Assembly: GCA_965226375.1 (NCBI GenBank)
Contig: CBDDCX010000007.1
Location: forward strand, 512,001-576,000
Direction: 5' to 3'
Source of the DNA: Longimicrobiales bacterium
GTDB lineage: Bacteria; Gemmatimonadota; Gemmatimonadetes; Longimicrobiales; Gaopeijiaceae
DNA: 64,000 bases
Each line of letters starts with the position of its first letter. Position 1 is the stretch's first letter. The position numbers were made by a program, and so were the translations under genes. Below the pieces are notes generated by a model, which did not search any database, was not told where the DNA came from, and was given only the letters and a program-made list of their open reading frames with translations. Of the stretch, positions 60,936 to 64,000 are shown piece after piece.

Positions 60936-63900
60936 CCGAATTGCGCCTTCCGGACCAGTCCGCCAGGGACGACATCGACACCGATCTGGATACGAACATC
61001 CTGGTCGAGGCGGGAGCCGGTTCCGGGAAAACGACGTCGCTGCTGCGCCGCATGGTGGGGCTGATCCGGTCGGGCACCGCTTTGGCACCGGAGATCGCCG
61101 CGGTGACGTTCACCCGCAAGGCTGCAGGCGAGCTGCGCGAGCGCTTTCAGGAAGAGCTCGAGAAGGAGCTCGTGGCCGGTGCACCTGGTTCGGACGAATC
61201 AGTCAGGTTGCGGCAGGCGCTGTCGTCTTTGGACCAGTTATTCATAGGGACCATCCACGCGTTCTGCGCGAGACTCCTCCGGGAACGACCGCTTGAGGCG
61301 GGGCTCGACCCCGGGTTTCAGGAGCTGACGGAAGAAGCTTCGGTCAAGTTCACCACAGGCTTCTGGGCTGCACACCTGGAGCGCCTCGCCGCTGATGGCG
61401 ATCCGATCCTGGAGCACCTCTCCGACGTAGGGCTTCACCCTGGACAACTCGAGCGTCTGTTCAAGGAAGTCGGTGAGCAGCCCGACGTGGAGTTTCCGTC
61501 CGAGGACGTGGCACGGCCGGACGCGGGGGAGGTCTCGGCCGTGCGAGAGGAGCTGATCCGCCTCATGGGTCAGGCGGAGGAGCTCATGCCTGACGCCGAG
61601 CCCCTGAAGGGGTGGGACGAGGTGCAGAGGAAGGTGAACACGCTCCGGTATTCGCTCGCCGTCATCGGCTGGGACACCGATGTAGCGTTCTTCAAGGCTC
61701 TCTCGGAAATGGCGCGTCGTAAGGCGTACAAGGCGACTCAGAACCAGTGGTCGGAAGATCCGGCCGTCAAAGCCAGGGCCAAGGCTTTGGGCGAGGCGTT
61801 CTCGGACTTCGTCGCGGAGGATTCAGCGTCGCAGCGTCTGCTGTTGCAATGGCGGATGCACCGGTACGCCGTAGCGATTCGCATGGTCGTTGGAGCGGCC
61901 CGGGCGTGGGAAGCGGAGAGACTGCGCACCGGGCGGCTCAACTTTCAGGATCTCCTGATGTTCACTGTGGGTCTCCTGCGCTCCAGCGCGGATGCCCGCC
62001 GCCAGCTTGGCCTCCGATACCGCAGGGTCCTGGTGGACGAGTTTCAGGACACGGATCCCGTGCAGGCGGAGATTCTCATGCTGCTGGCGGCGGAGCCGCG
62101 CACTGGTGCGGCCGATACGCCGTCTGGCGATGCCTCGGTGGAACCGAACGACGGGCCGGCCGCCGAGCAATGGCTGGAAGTGGCACCGCGTCCCGGTGCC
62201 CTTTTCGTGGTCGGGGACCCGAAACAGAGTATCTACCGATTCCGCAGGGCCGATATCACGGTGTACAACGCGGTCAAAGATCGCTTCGAGTCCTTCGGCC
62301 GTGTGCTGGGTTTGGAGGCCAATTTTCGCTCGGTGTCGGGAATTGCTGCGCTCGTAAACGATGTCTTCGAGCACGGGGAGGCCTTCCCGCCCCAGGCGAC
62401 GGCGTATCAGGCGGCCTTCGCCCCGCTCCTGCCACAGCGGGCAAATCGTGACGACAGGCCCGACGGAGTCTTCCACTATTTGATCGAGGAGACGACCAGG
62501 GACGATCTGGTGTCGGAGGACGCCGGCCGGCTCGCCACGTGGGTGAGCCGGCGTTGCCGGCAAGGAGGCGATCGTAAGCCGGGAGACTTCCTGATCCTGA
62601 CCAAGTATCGGAAGGACCTCGAGCCCTACGCTCGAGAGCTCGAGGCTCGGGGTTTGCCTGTGGCTCTCTCGGGTGTCTCGGTAGGGCAGGAAGAGGAGAT
62701 CTCGGAGTTGGTCTGCCTTCTGGAATGTCTGGCTGATCCGACGGACTCGGTGAAGCTGGCGTCCGTGCTGGTCGGGCTTTTCTTCGGTCTCGACTTCGAG
62801 CAGCTACTGGACCACCGGGTAAAGGGCGGCCGTTTTACGCTCACGTCCCTGCACAACCAGCCGGAGACGGACGTGACCATGGCCCTCCGACGTCTCCACC
62901 GATGGTGGGACGCCACTCGTCGGGCCCCCGCGGACGGCGTGCTGGCCCGTATCGCGGATGAAATCGGGCTTCTCCCCCACGCCGCGTCGGGTCCGCTCGG
63001 ACAGATCCGCGCGGGAGCCCTCTTGTACGTTCTCGACGCGGTGGCGTCATCGACCCTGGAAGGCAGCACGTCCATCGCAGGGGCACTTGGTGCGGTTCGT
63101 CTGGCGCTCGACGCCAAGGAGCCCGAGGCGCCGCTCCAGCCGGGACGCACGGACGCCGTACGTGTCATGAACATCCACAAGGCCAAGGGGCTCCAAGCCC
63201 CCGTCGTCGTGCTGGCCGCGCCTGTGGCGGACAGGAGGAGAGATCCGGAGCACCACGTCTCCAGGCTGGACGACGGGAGGGCCGCCGGATATCTGGTCGT
63301 GCAAACGCGCGAGGGGTGGACCAGAACGATTCACGCGATGCCTCCAGACTGGTTCGAGCGAGAAGCCGAGGAGCGACGTTTTGGCGAGGCGGAGGGTGTG
63401 CGTCTCATGTATGTCGCCGCCACACGCGCGCAAGACGAGCTGGTGGTGGCCAGGAGGGCAGACGGGAAGGGCACATCCCCGTGGGCCCTCCTGGACCCCT
63501 GGCTGGAAGAGCATGGCGCACGGCTGGACTCGATGGTCGCCGAGCCGGCTACCCCCCGTGCCGCTCTCGAAGAGGAGGGCAGGGTGGTACGGGATCGGGG
63601 GGTCGGCGTCGACGTGAGACGGGACAAGAAGGGTCGGCCCGGATATCTGTTTCGGTCCGTCACGTCGGTGGCCAAGGCGACTGAAGAAGGTGAGACGCAG
63701 TTCGTGCTGGAGCTGGGGGCCGGGGGCCCGGAGCAAGCTCCCTCGAGCACTTCGCATGCCGAGTCCGAAGAAGAAGCCGGCGCGTCGGCCCAGGAAGTGA
63801 TGGATGCAGGCGACCCTGCGGTAGCGCAGCGGTCTCGGGGATTCAGTTGGGGAACTGTGGTGCACGGTGCTCTCGCGGCCGCCGCGGGGGGGCTGACGGA

Positions 63901-64000
63901 CGCGGAGCTACGATCGGTCGGCCGCGCCCTTCTCGTGGAGAACGAGCGACCCCTGAACGCGGATGGTGAGCCCGCCGAGGTCGATGAGTTGGTCACGCTC
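60932..64000 (+). CDS. addA: AddA-like UvrD/SF1 helicase(-nuclease); runs off the window and is absent from the ORF track
   Basis: In one frame from GTG 60932: VEAGAGSGKT, VTFTRKAA, GTIHAFC, LVDEFQDT, VVGDPKQSIYRFR, NIHKAKGLQ, YVAATRA. Confidence 0.88.
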   Translation, partial: MTELRLPDQSARDDIDTDLDTNILVEAGAGSGKTTSLLRRMVGLIRSGTALAPEIAAVTFTRKAAGELRERFQEELEKELVAGAPGSDESVRLRQALSSLDQLFIGTIHAFCARLLRERPLEAGLDPGFQELTEEASVKFTTGFWAAHLERLAADGDPILEHLSDVGLHPGQLERLFKEVGEQPDVEFPSEDVARPDAGEVSAVREELIRLMGQAEELMPDAEPLKGWDEVQRKVNTLRYSLAVIGWDTDVAFFKALSEMARRKAYKATQNQWSEDPAVKARAKALGEAFSDFVAEDSASQRLLLQWRMHRYAVAIRMVVGAARAWEAERLRTGRLNFQDLLMFTVGLLRSSADARRQLGLRYRRVLVDEFQDTDPVQAEILMLLAAEPRTGAADTPSGDASVEPNDGPAAEQWLEVAPRPGALFVVGDPKQSIYRFRRADITVYNAVKDRFESFGRVLGLEANFRSVSGIAALVNDVFEHGEAFPPQATAYQAAFAPLLPQRANRDDRPDGVFHYLIEETTRDDLVSEDAGRLATWVSRRCRQGGDRKPGDFLILTKYRKDLEPYARELEARGLPVALSGVSVGQEEEISELVCLLECLADPTDSVKLASVLVGLFFGLDFEQLLDHRVKGGRFTLTSLHNQPETDVTMALRRLHRWWDATRRAPADGVLARIADEIGLLPHAASGPLGQIRAGALLYVLDAVASSTLEGSTSIAGALGAVRLALDAKEPEAPLQPGRTDAVRVMNIHKAKGLQAPVVVLAAPVADRRRDPEHHVSRLDDGRAAGYLVVQTREGWTRTIHAMPPDWFEREAEERRFGEAEGVRLMYVAATRAQDELVVARRADGKGTSPWALLDPWLEEHGARLDSMVAEPATPRAALEEEGRVVRDRGVGVDVRRDKKGRPGYLFRSVTSVAKATEEGETQFVLELGAGGPEQAPSSTSHAESEEEAGASAQEVMDAGDPAVAQRSRGFSWGTVVHGALAAAAGGLTDAELRSVGRALLVENERPLNADGEPAEVDELVTL

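Noticed and set aside
57825..64000. Novel helicase-nuclease defence system
   Set aside because: Domain order and motifs fit an ordinary AddAB-type repair pair.

Overview
High-GC bacterial chromosomal segment. The gene order (hpf-hprK-mannose-family PTS-ptsH-ptsI-metK-DUF151, recO-selB) suggests Gemmatimonadota, which is an inference. Positions 1-38 kb are a dense, almost entirely + strand housekeeping block: aroA, cmk, an unusually long rpsA, propionyl-CoA carboxylase/methylmalonyl-CoA mutase genes, argS, purM, the rib operon with nusB, a complete PTS, metK, recO, selB and dusB. It ends at the tmRNA gene ssrA (tag ANNDLALAA). Downstream, about 38.4-51.2 kb is a decaying accessory region. It holds a structured element built from copies of the tmRNA 3' end, three small broken genes, a nucleotidyltransferase-like gene with a G34 tract, and three IS elements with resolvable ends and target duplications (IS1595, IS256, IS3-like). 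Two of these IS independently disrupt the DUF1800 and DUF1501 genes of one operon. The window ends with lspA, glnA, mscS, a CNNM/CBS protein, a frameshifted histidine kinase and addB/addA-like genes. The strongest leads are: (1) NrdR-box-like palindromes at the same offset inside both ends of the IS1595 element, one covering the transposase promoter/start region; (2) the tmRNA-T-arm-derived structured element; (3) a long glnA leader with an intrinsic-terminator-like hairpin; (4) two tandem hairpin arrays that overlap coding sequence. All calls come from reading sequence and motifs; no database searches or folding programs were run.
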